The notes under the pieces are model-generated. The model ran no database searches. It had not been told where the DNA came from and was given only the letters and a program-made list of their open reading frames with translations. 64,000 nt of DNA from Acidobacteria bacterium RBG_13_68_16 (lineage in GTDB: Bacteria; Acidobacteriota; Thermoanaerobaculia; Thermoanaerobaculales; Thermoanaerobaculaceae), in assembly GCA_001766905.1 (NCBI GenBank), contig MEKI01000137.1, positions 30,319 through 94,318 of the forward strand. Reading direction: 5' to 3'. Numbering within the stretch: position 1 is the stretch's first letter; the number at the start of each line of letters is the position of its first letter. Below, piece by piece: positions 11,871 to 20,835 of the stretch. The translations under genes and the position numbers were made by a program.

Positions 11871-13844
11871 ATGAGCCGCGCACCGGACCTCGCCGCACGC
11901 CCCACCGCGCCACCGGTGCTGCTGGTCGGCAACCCCAACGTCGGCAAGAGCGTGATCTTCGGCGCCCTCACCCGAACCTACGTGACGGTCGCCAACTACC
12001 CCGGGACGACGGTCGAGATCACCCGCGGCCGTGCGCTCTCGCTCCCGGGCGCGCCGGACGTCATCGACGCCCCGGGCACCAACTCGCTCACACCACAGTC
12101 CGATGACGAGCGGGTCGCGCGCGACCTGCTGCTCGCCGAGCCCGACGCGGTGGTGCTTCAGGTTGGCGACACCAAGAACCTGCGGCGTGTCCTCTACCTC
12201 ACCGCCCAACTCGGCGAGCTCGGCCGAAGGCAGCTGCTCGTCCTGAACCTGCAGGACGAGGCGCTGGACCTCGGCGTTCGCGTGGAGGCGAGCGAGCTGG
12301 AGCGCCGGCTCGGGGTCCCTGTGATCCCCGCCACGGCTACGCGCAACCAGGGGCTCGATGCCATCCCCGGCCGCCTCCATCAAGCGACCGTAGCCCGCCT
12401 CGAGTGCGCATACCCGGGGGTTGTGGAGCGGGCGGCGCTGGAGGTTGCCGCGCTGTTGCCCGAGGAACTGGGCAACGCCAGGCGCGGGGTGGCGCTCATG
12501 CTGCTCTCGGGCGACCGCGGTTTCGCGCAGTTGCCTCACTGCACCCTCCCCGAGGGCGCAGCGGAGCTGGTGGAGCGGCGACGGCGAGAGCTGGAACGGG
12601 CACTCGGCACGAGCGCCGCCACCGCCATCGCCCGCGCGCGCCAGCGGGCGGTGGTCGAGCTTCTCCAGCAGGTGTTTCACGTTCAGCGCGGGCGCGGCGT
12701 CACGCTGCGCGACCGGCTGGGGGACCTCTCCATGCACCCGATCTGGGGAGTGCCGGTGCTGCTGGCGGTGCTCTTCCTCGCTTACGAGTTCGTGGGCGTG
12801 TTCGGTGCCGGCACCTTGGTGAGACTCGTCGAGGACGGGCTCTTTGGCAAGGTGATCAACCCTGCGGCGACGGCCCTCGCGGGCAGGGTGCTGCCGTGGG
12901 AGTGGGCGCGCAGCCTCTTCGTGGGGCCGTATGGCGTCGTCACGATGGCGCTGACGTACGCCATCGCGATCGTCCTCCCGGTGGTAGGAACGTTCTTCGT
13001 CCTCTTCGGGGTGTTGGAGGACTCGGGCTACCTCCCGCGCCTGGCGGTGATGCTCAACCGGATCTTCCGTGGCATGGGACTGAACGGCAAGGCCGTTCTG
13101 CCCATGATCCTCGGCCTCGGGTGCGACACCATGGCCACGCTCACCACCCGTATTCTGCCCACCCGCAAGGAACGGGTCCTAGTCACGCTGTTGCTCGCGC
13201 TGGGTGTTCCGTGCTCGGCGCAACTCGGGGTCGTGCTGGCGATGCTCGGCTCGATGGCACCGGCGGGGACTTTGATCTGGGGCGGCGTCGTGGCGGGGAC
13301 TCTGTTCGGTGTCGGCTGGGCGGCGGCGCGGTTGGTCCCGGGGAAGGGCTCGCAGTTTCTCCTCGAGGTCCCGCCGATGCGGGTCCCGTCCCTCGCGAAC
13401 ATTCTGGTGAAGACCGTGGCGCGCACGGAGTGGTACCTGAAGGAGGCGCTACCGCTGTTCGTGCTCGGGACGCTGCTGCTGTTTGTCCTCGACGTCACCG
13501 CGATACTGCCACGCTTGGAGGCGCTCGCCCGCCCGCTGGTGGTTGGCCTCCTGGGCCTCCCGGCGCAGGCGACGGACGCGTTCCTCGTCGGGTTTCTGCG
13601 GCGCGACTACGGGGCGGCGGGGTTTTTCGTGTTGCGTCGCGGCGGCGAGTTGGACGGGGTGCAGTCGGTCGTCGCCCTCACGGTCATCACCCTGTTCGTG
13701 CCGTGCATCGCCAATTTCTTCGTGATGATCAAGGAGCGCGGCCTCAAGGTGACGCTCGCCATGGTGGCGTTCATCGTGCCGTTCGCCTTTGCGGTCGGGG
13801 CTGCCCTCAACTGGGCGCTGCGCTCGCTTGGGGTCCACCTGTGA
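11871..13844 (+). CDS. feoB: Ferrous iron transporter FeoB
   Basis: N-terminal G-domain (LLVGNPNVGKSVIFGALT, DAPGTNSL) followed by a polytopic gate/nucleoside-recognition membrane domain. Start revised to ATG 11871. Confidence 0.93.
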   Translation: MSRAPDLAARPTAPPVLLVGNPNVGKSVIFGALTRTYVTVANYPGTTVEITRGRALSLPGAPDVIDAPGTNSLTPQSDDERVARDLLLAEPDAVVLQVGDTKNLRRVLYLTAQLGELGRRQLLVLNLQDEALDLGVRVEASELERRLGVPVIPATATRNQGLDAIPGRLHQATVARLECAYPGVVERAALEVAALLPEELGNARRGVALMLLSGDRGFAQLPHCTLPEGAAELVERRRRELERALGTSAATAIARARQRAVVELLQQVFHVQRGRGVTLRDRLGDLSMHPIWGVPVLLAVLFLAYEFVGVFGAGTLVRLVEDGLFGKVINPAATALAGRVLPWEWARSLFVGPYGVVTMALTYAIAIVLPVVGTFFVLFGVLEDSGYLPRLAVMLNRIFRGMGLNGKAVLPMILGLGCDTMATLTTRILPTRKERVLVTLLLALGVPCSAQLGVVLAMLGSMAPAGTLIWGGVVAGTLFGVGWAAARLVPGKGSQFLLEVPPMRVPSLANILVKTVARTEWYLKEALPLFVLGTLLLFVLDVTAILPRLEALARPLVVGLLGLPAQATDAFLVGFLRRDYGAAGFFVLRRGGELDGVQSVVALTVITLFVPCIANFFVMIKERGLKVTLAMVAFIVPFAFAVGAALNWALRSLGVHL

Positions 13845-13876
13845 GCGCGTCGGGGGGCGGTGGCGAGGTGCGTGAG

Positions 13877-14050
13877 ATGCAGTGCCCGCTGTGCGGCGGA
13901 CGGTTCCCCGGGCGGGAGTCATGCGTGGCCGGCTGCCCGCTTCCCGCCTCGTGCCGGACGGTGTGCTGCCCGCACTGCCACTATCGGTTCGTCGAGGAGT
14001 CCACGCTCGCCCGATGGGTGGGAAGGCTCCTCCACCTGGGGCGAACATGA
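13877..14050 (+). CDS. Small Cys-rich (zinc-ribbon-like) protein coupled between feoB and the DtxR-family gene
   Basis: MQCPLCGGRFPGRESCVAGCPLPASCRTVCCPHCHYRF... has 8 Cys in the first 35 residues. It is hidden in the tail of a spurious 548-aa track ORF. An alternative GTG 13841 overlaps the feoB stop (GTGA). Its stop overlaps the next ATG (ATGA). Confidence 0.5.
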   Translation: MQCPLCGGRFPGRESCVAGCPLPASCRTVCCPHCHYRFVEESTLARWVGRLLHLGRT

Positions 14051-14745
14051 ACGGGAAGCGTTCCTTCGACTCGCGCCCTGCCGCCATCGCGCACGAGGAG
14101 GTGCTCGAGGAGCTGTGGACCGCCCGCGAGGGAGGGACACCGCTCACCGTCGCCCGCCTGGCCGAGACCATTCACGCAGGGCCCGGGGAAGGGTGGAGCG
14201 AGGTTGTCAGGGAACTGGTCGAGCGGAGGCTCGTGCGGCTCGCCAACGGCGAGCTGGAGCTCACCGAGACGGGCGAGCCGGAGGCGAGGCAGATCGTCCG
14301 CCGCCATCGCCTGGCGGAGGTGCTCTTTCACCAGGTGCTGGAGCTGCCGATGGAGGTGACCGAGGCCGAGGCCTGTAACCTGGAGCACGTGCTCACGCCA
14401 CAGGCCACGGCGGCCGTATGCTCGTTCCTCGGCCACCCGCCGCTGTGCCCGCACGGGCGGTCCATCCCGCCGGGCGAGTGCTGTTCGGCGCTGTCCCGGC
14501 GAGTCCCGTCGCTGATTTGTCGCCTGGCCGACCTCGTTCCCGGCGAGCGTGGGCGGGTGGTGCTGGTGGCGCCCCGCCAGCGGGAGCGGCTCCATCAGCT
14601 CGCCGACCTCGGCATCATGCCGGGAGCGATGCTCGGGCTGCGCCAGCGCAAACCATCCATAGTGGTCGAGGTTGACCAGACGGTCCTCGCCCTCGAGGAC
14701 GAGATTGCGCAGGCGATCTACCTGCAGCCGATGGTGGGGCCATGA
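14047..14745 (+). CDS. DtxR/IdeR-family metal-dependent regulator with C-terminal FeoA/SH3-like domain
   Basis: Winged-helix N-terminus, a metal-binding/dimerisation helix region (RRHRLAEVLFHQVL...CNLEH...CPHG), and a C-terminal FeoA-like segment (LADLVPGERGRVVLV...LADLGIMPGAML). Start revised to ATG 14047. Confidence 0.82.
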   Translation: MNGKRSFDSRPAAIAHEEVLEELWTAREGGTPLTVARLAETIHAGPGEGWSEVVRELVERRLVRLANGELELTETGEPEARQIVRRHRLAEVLFHQVLELPMEVTEAEACNLEHVLTPQATAAVCSFLGHPPLCPHGRSIPPGECCSALSRRVPSLICRLADLVPGERGRVVLVAPRQRERLHQLADLGIMPGAMLGLRQRKPSIVVEVDQTVLALEDEIAQAIYLQPMVGP

Positions 14746-14786
14746 CCCATGGCTGAGACGCGCAACGCACGCTGCGGAGGAAACCT

Positions 14787-15344
14787 ATGAGCACTCGACC
14801 ACGGCTCTGGCGCGCCTTCGAGGACAATGAGATCACGCACTCCGGGGCGCACTACCTCTTGGCCATCGCGTCGCTCGGCAAGCTCGGAGACGCGCCGCGT
14901 GCGGCTGATGTGGCACGTCGCCTGGGCGTGACGCGCGCCGCCGCATCGCTGCAGCTGCGTACCCTCCAGGAGCACGGTCTGGTCGAGATCGACGATCAGC
15001 AACGCCTGCGCCCCTCGCCGGCGGGTGCAGACCTGGTTGGCCGGGTGGCGAGCAAGCACGAGGTACTGCTGGTTTTTCTGCGCGAGGTCCTGGGGGTCGG
15101 GGAGGACACGGCGGAGCTGGATGCCTGCAAGGTCGAGCACCTGCTCTCCGAGGAGACGGGGGCGGCGCTGGTGCGGCTGATCCGGTTCGCCCGCTCCGGA
15201 CAGGCCGAGGCGAAGGCGTTTCTCTCCGAGTTCAGGCGCACCACCGCCCACTGCCCTCCGGACGCACTCTGCGAGCTTTGCACCGAAACGTGCCTGCTTG
15301 CCGCCGGAGGGCTCGGCGTGAGGTCGGGGCCTAGGAGAAGGTGA
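14787..15344 (+). CDS. Second DtxR/MntR-family regulator with a Cys-rich C-terminal tail
   Basis: HTH (ADVARRLGVTRAAASLQLRTLQEHGLV) and a dimerisation domain (KHEVLLVFLREVLGV...ACKVEH). The tail is HCPPDALCELCTETC. The 3' end overlaps the tyrS 3' end by 14 nt. Confidence 0.72.
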   Translation: MSTRPRLWRAFEDNEITHSGAHYLLAIASLGKLGDAPRAADVARRLGVTRAAASLQLRTLQEHGLVEIDDQQRLRPSPAGADLVGRVASKHEVLLVFLREVLGVGEDTAELDACKVEHLLSEETGAALVRLIRFARSGQAEAKAFLSEFRRTTAHCPPDALCELCTETCLLAAGGLGVRSGPRRR

Positions 15345-16563
15345 TCCGGGCGAAACGACGCTTGCCGACCTGGACGAGGTAGCTGCTTCCCGATCCTGCG
15401 GCCACGGTGGCGAACGGGTCACTCACCGCCTCGCCGTCAAGCCTCACACCACCCTGTTGAAGCAGTCGGCGGGCCTCGGAGTTGCTGGGGGACAGACCTG
15501 CGCTGACCAGCAACCTGACGAGTTGGGGAGGCTCCGCGCTTGCGGGGAGGGTGATCTCCGCGACGTCCTCGGGGGTCTCGCGCCGCTGGTGAACCGTACG
15601 AAAGCGGGCCTCGGCGTCGGACGCAGCCTGGGGCCCGTGAAAGTCCGCCGTGATCGTGCGCGCGAGCGAGAACTTGGCGTCCATCGGGTGGCGGGCGCCA
15701 GAGGTCACGCTCTTCTGGAGCGAGGCAACCTCACCGGGGTCGAGGTCGGTGAGCAGCGTCCAGTACCGCCACATCAGGGGGTCGGAGACCGACATGAGCT
15801 TGCCGAACATCTCCTCGGGTGGATCCTGGACGGCGACGTAGTTGCCGAGGGATTTGGACATCTTCTCCACGCCGTCGAGGCCCTCGAGCAGCGGCAGCGT
15901 CATCACGATCTGTGGCGGGAGGCCGAGCTTGCCCATGAGGTCCCGGCCTACCAGGAGGTTGAAGAGCTGGTCCGTGCCGCCAAGCTCCACGTCGGCTTTC
16001 AGGGCGACGGAGTCGTACGCCTGGGCCACCGGGTAGAGGAGCTCGTGCAGAGAGATCGGCTCGCCGCCCTCGAGGCGCGTGCGGAAGTCATCCCGCTCCA
16101 GGATCTGTGCCAACGTCACCTTGGCGGTGAGCCGGATCCACTCCTCGCTCGAGAGCGCTCCCAGCCAGCGCGCGTTGAAGTCGACGACCGTTGCGTCGGG
16201 ATCCAGGAGCTTGAAGATCTGCCGCTTGTAGGTTTCGGCGTTGGCCGCGATCTCGTCGCGCGTGAGCTGAGGCCGCGTCGACTTCTTGCCGGTGGGGTCC
16301 CCGATCATCCCGGTGAAGTCGCCGATCAGGAACACGACGCGGTGCCCGAGTTGCTGGAAGTGGCGCATCTTCCTGATCACCACCGTGTGCCCGAGGTGGA
16401 GATCGGGGGCCGAGGGGTCGAACCCCACCTTTACCGTGAGCGGCCGCCCCTCGCGCCCGGCGGCGACCACGCGTGCCTCGAGGTCCTCGGGGCGCACGAC
16501 GTCCACGCACCCCTTGAGCAGGAGCTCCATCTGCTGCGCCAACGTTCGCTTCACGATCTCCAT
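15331..16563 (-). CDS. tyrS: Tyrosyl-tRNA synthetase
   Basis: HIGH motif (PDLHLGH), the KMSKS motif, and a C-terminal S4-like domain (SNSEARRLLQQGGVRLDGEAV). Start revised to ATG 16563 (MEIVKRTLAQQ). Confidence 0.95.
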   Translation of the reverse strand: MEIVKRTLAQQMELLLKGCVDVVRPEDLEARVVAAGREGRPLTVKVGFDPSAPDLHLGHTVVIRKMRHFQQLGHRVVFLIGDFTGMIGDPTGKKSTRPQLTRDEIAANAETYKRQIFKLLDPDATVVDFNARWLGALSSEEWIRLTAKVTLAQILERDDFRTRLEGGEPISLHELLYPVAQAYDSVALKADVELGGTDQLFNLLVGRDLMGKLGLPPQIVMTLPLLEGLDGVEKMSKSLGNYVAVQDPPEEMFGKLMSVSDPLMWRYWTLLTDLDPGEVASLQKSVTSGARHPMDAKFSLARTITADFHGPQAASDAEARFRTVHQRRETPEDVAEITLPASAEPPQLVRLLVSAGLSPSNSEARRLLQQGGVRLDGEAVSDPFATVAAGSGSSYLVQVGKRRFARITFS

Positions 16564-16589
16564 GGCACCTCCAGCCGGCCCCGGCGGCC

Positions 16590-18506
16590 TCAGTGCGGGG
16601 AAGCGGATTTTCGCACACCACCCTTGCGAGCTGGCGGCGCGACCACCTGCGGTGCTCGACCGCGCGCGAAGCGGGCGAGCTTCTCCCAACCAGGGAGCGC
16701 GGTGAGGACGGCAGTCACATCGCGAGGATCCATCCCCAGTAGACCGGCGTCCGTGGGCACCACCGGCAGGAAGACAGCGGCCGCGGCTCGTGCCGTGGCC
16801 TGAGCCGCGTCACCGTAGAGGAGCGAGAGCAGACGGCGCGCCGCCGCCGTCGTCTCGCCGGCGGTGGTGGGGCGACACGCGCCTTTCCAGAGCGACGCCA
16901 GGCGGGTGTCGAGAGCCGGCACGTGGGCACCCCCGTCTACGGCGACCGCGAGCAGGAGTCGTCCGGGTGGCACCAGCAGGAAGGTGCGCACACCCGCCTC
17001 GTGGGACAGCCGGTCCTGCGCGACCTGGCCCGCCACCAGGCCGGCGGTGGTGGACGGCAACTCCACCATCCCGATCTCCTGGGGTGGGCCCTCTCCAGCC
17101 TTCCAGGCCAGCCCGGGAGAGGCCAAGGCGGCACCGGTGCGCACGCCTCCTCCGGACAGGCTGCCAAAGAACTTGCCGGCGGCCTCGGGCCCTTCCTCCA
17201 CCTCGGGCGGGAGTGCCAGCGCCACCGAGACGGTCTCGGCGGTCACACGCTCCGCGAGACCGAGGGCACGGGCCACCTCGGTGTCGAGGTCGTCGCCGGC
17301 GGGAGAGCCTGGGGCCGCCAGGACCTCGCTGACGTGCTCCATCACCGAGGTGACTCCGGCGGCGGGTGACGCAACCGCCAGGGTGGGGACGCCGAGCGTG
17401 TCGCCCACGGTCGCGGCCCACCCCTCGCTCGCGGTCGCCTCGGCAGCCGCGGTCAGGACCCTCCTCGCGGAGCGCGGGTCGACGCCTCCGAGCGCGACGG
17501 CCACGACGCCGGTTTCGCCGGGAATCCAGCGCACCGACAGCACCACGCCGTTCTCAAGCGTTTGCGGTGGCTCGATCTGCGGCCGACGCTCCTGCTCCAC
17601 CACGGTGGCGAAGCCGGCGTGGCCGTCGAGCACCTGATGGGCGAGCTCGCCGAGGGTGGCGGGATCAACGGCGGGCGTGGCGAGCGCACCCGCAATACTC
17701 CCGCCGAGGGCGAGCCGCTCCGCCAGCTCCTGGGCTGCGGCCGTTCCGGCCACTGCCGCGCGTGCGGCCCGCGACTGGCACGACGCCACAGCGCGGGCCA
17801 CCTCGTCGTCGGTCGGAGGTGTCGCCGGAAGCGCGGCCAGGCGCTGCCGCAGGCCCCGGAGAACGACGCGCGGATGCTCGGGCCCCGCAGGCAGGCGCAC
17901 GAGCAGACGCGCGCACGCGCCCTCGAGCTCGCTCTCCACCCGAACGTCCCGGAACGCAGCGGTCAGCCTGGCCCGCAGGAACGCCGCCAGGGCGGGCAGC
18001 GTGTCGTAGCGGGGGTCGGTGGGGCCGGGAACGGCGAGCGCGAGAGCGACGCGCTCCGGGGTGCCGCGCAGCACCTCCACGCCACCCTCCGCGAGCACGC
18101 ATGGCACCCGGGCCAGAGGCCGGACCGGCACGCCCTCGAGGGCCGCCATTGGTCCCTCGAGCTCGCGCGCGGGCACCGGGCCGAGCGCCACGACGGCCGC
18201 GGTGCCTGTCGGCGAGAGAGCCCGCACGAACTCCGAGAACGCCGGCAGGACGAGCAGCGCCGGCACGCGCACGGTCCACAGCAGCGCGCCGCGCCGCGAG
18301 GTGACCTGGGTGGGAAAACCCGCAAGGGTGTCGGGAGGTGACGCGTCGGCGGGGAGCACCGCGGCAAGGACCTCCACATCACCTCCCGCCACCTCCGCGA
18401 CCGCCACGGGGAGGTCATGGGTGGTCCGCCACTCACTCGTGGCCTGGCCGAAAGCTGGCACAGAGGCAACGAGACAGAGCGCAACGCGCGCGGAGATCGA
18501 TCGCAT
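16590..18506 (-). CDS. Secreted Ala-rich protein of unknown function (638 aa)
   Basis: Start revised to ATG 18506, giving a signal peptide MRSISARVALCLVASVPAFGQA. The two-lobed size is reminiscent of non-catalytic M16-like proteins, but no HxxEH motif is present. I cannot assign a family. Confidence 0.55.
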   Translation of the reverse strand: MRSISARVALCLVASVPAFGQATSEWRTTHDLPVAVAEVAGGDVEVLAAVLPADASPPDTLAGFPTQVTSRRGALLWTVRVPALLVLPAFSEFVRALSPTGTAAVVALGPVPARELEGPMAALEGVPVRPLARVPCVLAEGGVEVLRGTPERVALALAVPGPTDPRYDTLPALAAFLRARLTAAFRDVRVESELEGACARLLVRLPAGPEHPRVVLRGLRQRLAALPATPPTDDEVARAVASCQSRAARAAVAGTAAAQELAERLALGGSIAGALATPAVDPATLGELAHQVLDGHAGFATVVEQERRPQIEPPQTLENGVVLSVRWIPGETGVVAVALGGVDPRSARRVLTAAAEATASEGWAATVGDTLGVPTLAVASPAAGVTSVMEHVSEVLAAPGSPAGDDLDTEVARALGLAERVTAETVSVALALPPEVEEGPEAAGKFFGSLSGGGVRTGAALASPGLAWKAGEGPPQEIGMVELPSTTAGLVAGQVAQDRLSHEAGVRTFLLVPPGRLLLAVAVDGGAHVPALDTRLASLWKGACRPTTAGETTAAARRLLSLLYGDAAQATARAAAAVFLPVVPTDAGLLGMDPRDVTAVLTALPGWEKLARFARGRAPQVVAPPARKGGVRKSASPH

Positions 18507-18524
18507 GCGGGTATCATAGCTTTC

Positions 18525-19445
18525 ATGCGACTGAATCCCCTTTCCCCCCGGGTGCTGGTGCTTTCCTGGGGGGTGGCGCTGCTCGCCTGGCCTCTGGCCT
18601 GGCTCCTGCTGGCGGTCGCCCAGGGGCTCGGGACCGTGGTGGCGGGCGGTGGCTGGATCGGATTCGCAGTCCCGCTGGGCCTCCACCCCTGGGGGCTGGT
18701 GAACGAGCCGAGCATCGCGTTCGCACACACACGCGCGGCGCTCCTCCTCTACTGGCTGGCACCGCCGCTCGCCGCGCTGGCGCTGGCAGCCCTGCTGCCC
18801 ACGGTGGTGCCGGTTCCGCCATCGTGGTTCTCGGAGGTGGGCGTTTTCCAGCTCGCGGTGGCGTGCGCCGTCCTTGGCCTCGGCTGGGCCCCTCCCCTGG
18901 GGGTCGCCGACGGGCCGGCGGCGGGGGTGGCACGCTTCTGGGGGGCTTCTCCTCGCCTCTTTCTTGCCATAACCACTGTGGTCGGCGCCGGTGTAGTTCA
19001 GCTCGCAGTGGCGCGGCTCGCCAGTCACCTATGGGTGGAGCCGGGCGGGCCGCTGCGCACGCGCCGTCTCCTGGTGGCGCTCGCCCACACCTTCGTGCCG
19101 GCTGCGTGGTGGGGCTTGGTGGTCGTCGTCCAGGGGTGGGCGGTCCCACCGATCGCGGTGCTGACCACCGTCGCGGTGCTGGTCGGCGCGCTGCTCGGAG
19201 CCTGGTTGTGGGTGCCGCACTCCCCGCTCCACCCGCACCCGCATCTCCGCTGGCGGACGGTGGTGGGGGTGACCGTCGTTGGCGCGGCCGTGTTCGCGGC
19301 AGCCTCATGGGCGGGCGCACCGCGCCGCGGCCAGGGCACCGCCTTCGTCTGGGGCCATCCGGGACAAACCAACAACGTGCGCCCCGGGATGGCGGTGGTC
19401 AGGGTTATGCGGCTCCCCGCCCCGAAAAAACCGCCGGCACAGTGA
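18525..19445 (+). CDS. Polytopic membrane protein of unknown function (306 aa)
   Basis: ATG 18525 (MRLNPLSPRVLVLSWGVALLAWPLAWLLL) followed by about 7 hydrophobic segments. Coding-like composition. Only 18 nt separate it from the divergent upstream gene. Confidence 0.5.
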   Translation: MRLNPLSPRVLVLSWGVALLAWPLAWLLLAVAQGLGTVVAGGGWIGFAVPLGLHPWGLVNEPSIAFAHTRAALLLYWLAPPLAALALAALLPTVVPVPPSWFSEVGVFQLAVACAVLGLGWAPPLGVADGPAAGVARFWGASPRLFLAITTVVGAGVVQLAVARLASHLWVEPGGPLRTRRLLVALAHTFVPAAWWGLVVVVQGWAVPPIAVLTTVAVLVGALLGAWLWVPHSPLHPHPHLRWRTVVGVTVVGAAVFAAASWAGAPRRGQGTAFVWGHPGQTNNVRPGMAVVRVMRLPAPKKPPAQ

Positions 19446-20835
19446 GCAGCAGGATCTTCAGGTCGAGCCACAGCGACCACCTGTCGATGTAGGCTAGGTC
19501 GAGCTCCATCCAGGTGGCGAAGTCGAGTTGGGAACGGCCCGAGATCTGCCAAAGGCACGTGATGCCGGGCTTCATGGCCAAGCGGCGCCGTTGCCACGGC
19601 AGGTAACTCTCGACCTCCTCCGGAATCGGGGGACGGGGTCCCACCAGCGACATGTCCCCCTTGAGGACGTTGAGCAGCTGCGGCAGCTCGTCCATCGAGG
19701 AGCGTCGCAGCAGCCAGCCCACAGGCGTGACACGCGGGTCGCCGGGCGCCTTGAACACCGGCCCGTCCATCACGTTGAGGTGGGCGACGTCACCCTGCAT
19801 CTTCTCTGCATCCGCCACCATGGTGCGGAACTTGAGCAGCACGAAGCGGCGCCCGTGCAGCCCGCAGCGCACCTGCCGGTAGAGCACCGAGCCGCGAGAG
19901 GTGAGGCGTATCGCGAGGGCCGCCGCCAGCCAGAGCGGGAGCGAGAGCAAAAGCCCGGCCAGCGCGACCACCACATCCAGCATGCGTTTGAGGAACAGCG
20001 CCAACGGGGCGGTGGGCATGGTCGCGAAGGTCAGCAGCGGTGTTCCGTCGAGGGCCTCGACCTCGACGTGCGGTTGCAGGTGGGGGAACGGTTGCAGTGC
20101 CACGCGCACTCGCACCCCCAACTCCTGGCAGTGCAACAGGACCGGCTCGAGCTCACCGAGCTGGCGCGTCGGGACGGCCAGCACCACCTCGTCCACCACC
20201 TCCCGGGAGAGCAGCTCCGGCAGGTCCTCGACGCCCCCGACGACGGGGATGCCTTCCACATCGCGGCGCCCGCAGCCGTCGGCGTCCACGATCCCGCGCA
20301 GGGAGAGCCCCCAGGCTCTGTGGGTGACCACTTGGCGCGCGAGCGCCGCCGCCTCCGTGCCGCAACCGACCACTACCACTACACGCTCGGGGACCTCCGC
20401 GAGCTTTCGACCCCACGGCGTGCGGCGCTCCACGATGCGCGCCGCCGCCAGCACCGCGCCGTTGATGACGCCGAAGAGCAGCAGGAACGGGCGCGAGACG
20501 AAGTGGAGGCGCAACAGGTACCCTGCGGCCGCGAGCAGCACCACACCCAGCGCGGCGACCTGGATCTCCTTGAACGCCTCGCGCCGCAGAGAGAGCACTT
20601 GCCCCGGGGCGGTGAGCCGGTGGGCGGCCAGCAGCACCATCCAGAGGGGCAGCACCACTGCCAGCAGCGGAAGGTAGTCGCTCAGCGGGTAAAGCCCCCC
20701 GGGGAAGAGCGAGGGAAGCAGCCTCGGAATCAGGTTGGAGCGCACCTGGTGGGCGAGCAGGAAGCTGCCGGCCGTGAGCAGCACGTCGAGCAGAAGGCGC
20801 CGGTACGCGATCAGGCGCGCGGGTTCCCGCAGCAC
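19405..20835 (-). CDS. Polyprenyl glycosylphosphotransferase (WbaP/WcaJ-type priming sugar transferase)
   Basis: N-terminal TM bundle, a Rossmann-like linker (VVVVGCGTEAAALARQV), and the C-terminal bacterial sugar transferase domain (LKFRTM, GPVFK..DPRVT, DELPQL.NVLKGDMSLVGPRP). Start provisionally GTG 20835. Confidence 0.9.
   Translation of the reverse strand: MLREPARLIAYRRLLLDVLLTAGSFLLAHQVRSNLIPRLLPSLFPGGLYPLSDYLPLLAVVLPLWMVLLAAHRLTAPGQVLSLRREAFKEIQVAALGVVLLAAAGYLLRLHFVSRPFLLLFGVINGAVLAAARIVERRTPWGRKLAEVPERVVVVVGCGTEAAALARQVVTHRAWGLSLRGIVDADGCGRRDVEGIPVVGGVEDLPELLSREVVDEVVLAVPTRQLGELEPVLLHCQELGVRVRVALQPFPHLQPHVEVEALDGTPLLTFATMPTAPLALFLKRMLDVVVALAGLLLSLPLWLAAALAIRLTSRGSVLYRQVRCGLHGRRFVLLKFRTMVADAEKMQGDVAHLNVMDGPVFKAPGDPRVTPVGWLLRRSSMDELPQLLNVLKGDMSLVGPRPPIPEEVESYLPWQRRRLAMKPGITCLWQISGRSQLDFATWMELDLAYIDRWSLWLDLKILLLTVPAVFSGRGAA

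Noticed and set aside
16564-19028. N-terminal extensions of several track ORFs (for example 16590..19028, 15331..16689, 35911..37368, 38587..40236, 49170..52664)
   Set aside because: The extensions are Arg/Pro-rich, overlap upstream genes, and precede internal starts that have an RBS and family-typical or signal-peptide N-termini. I trimmed them to those internal starts.
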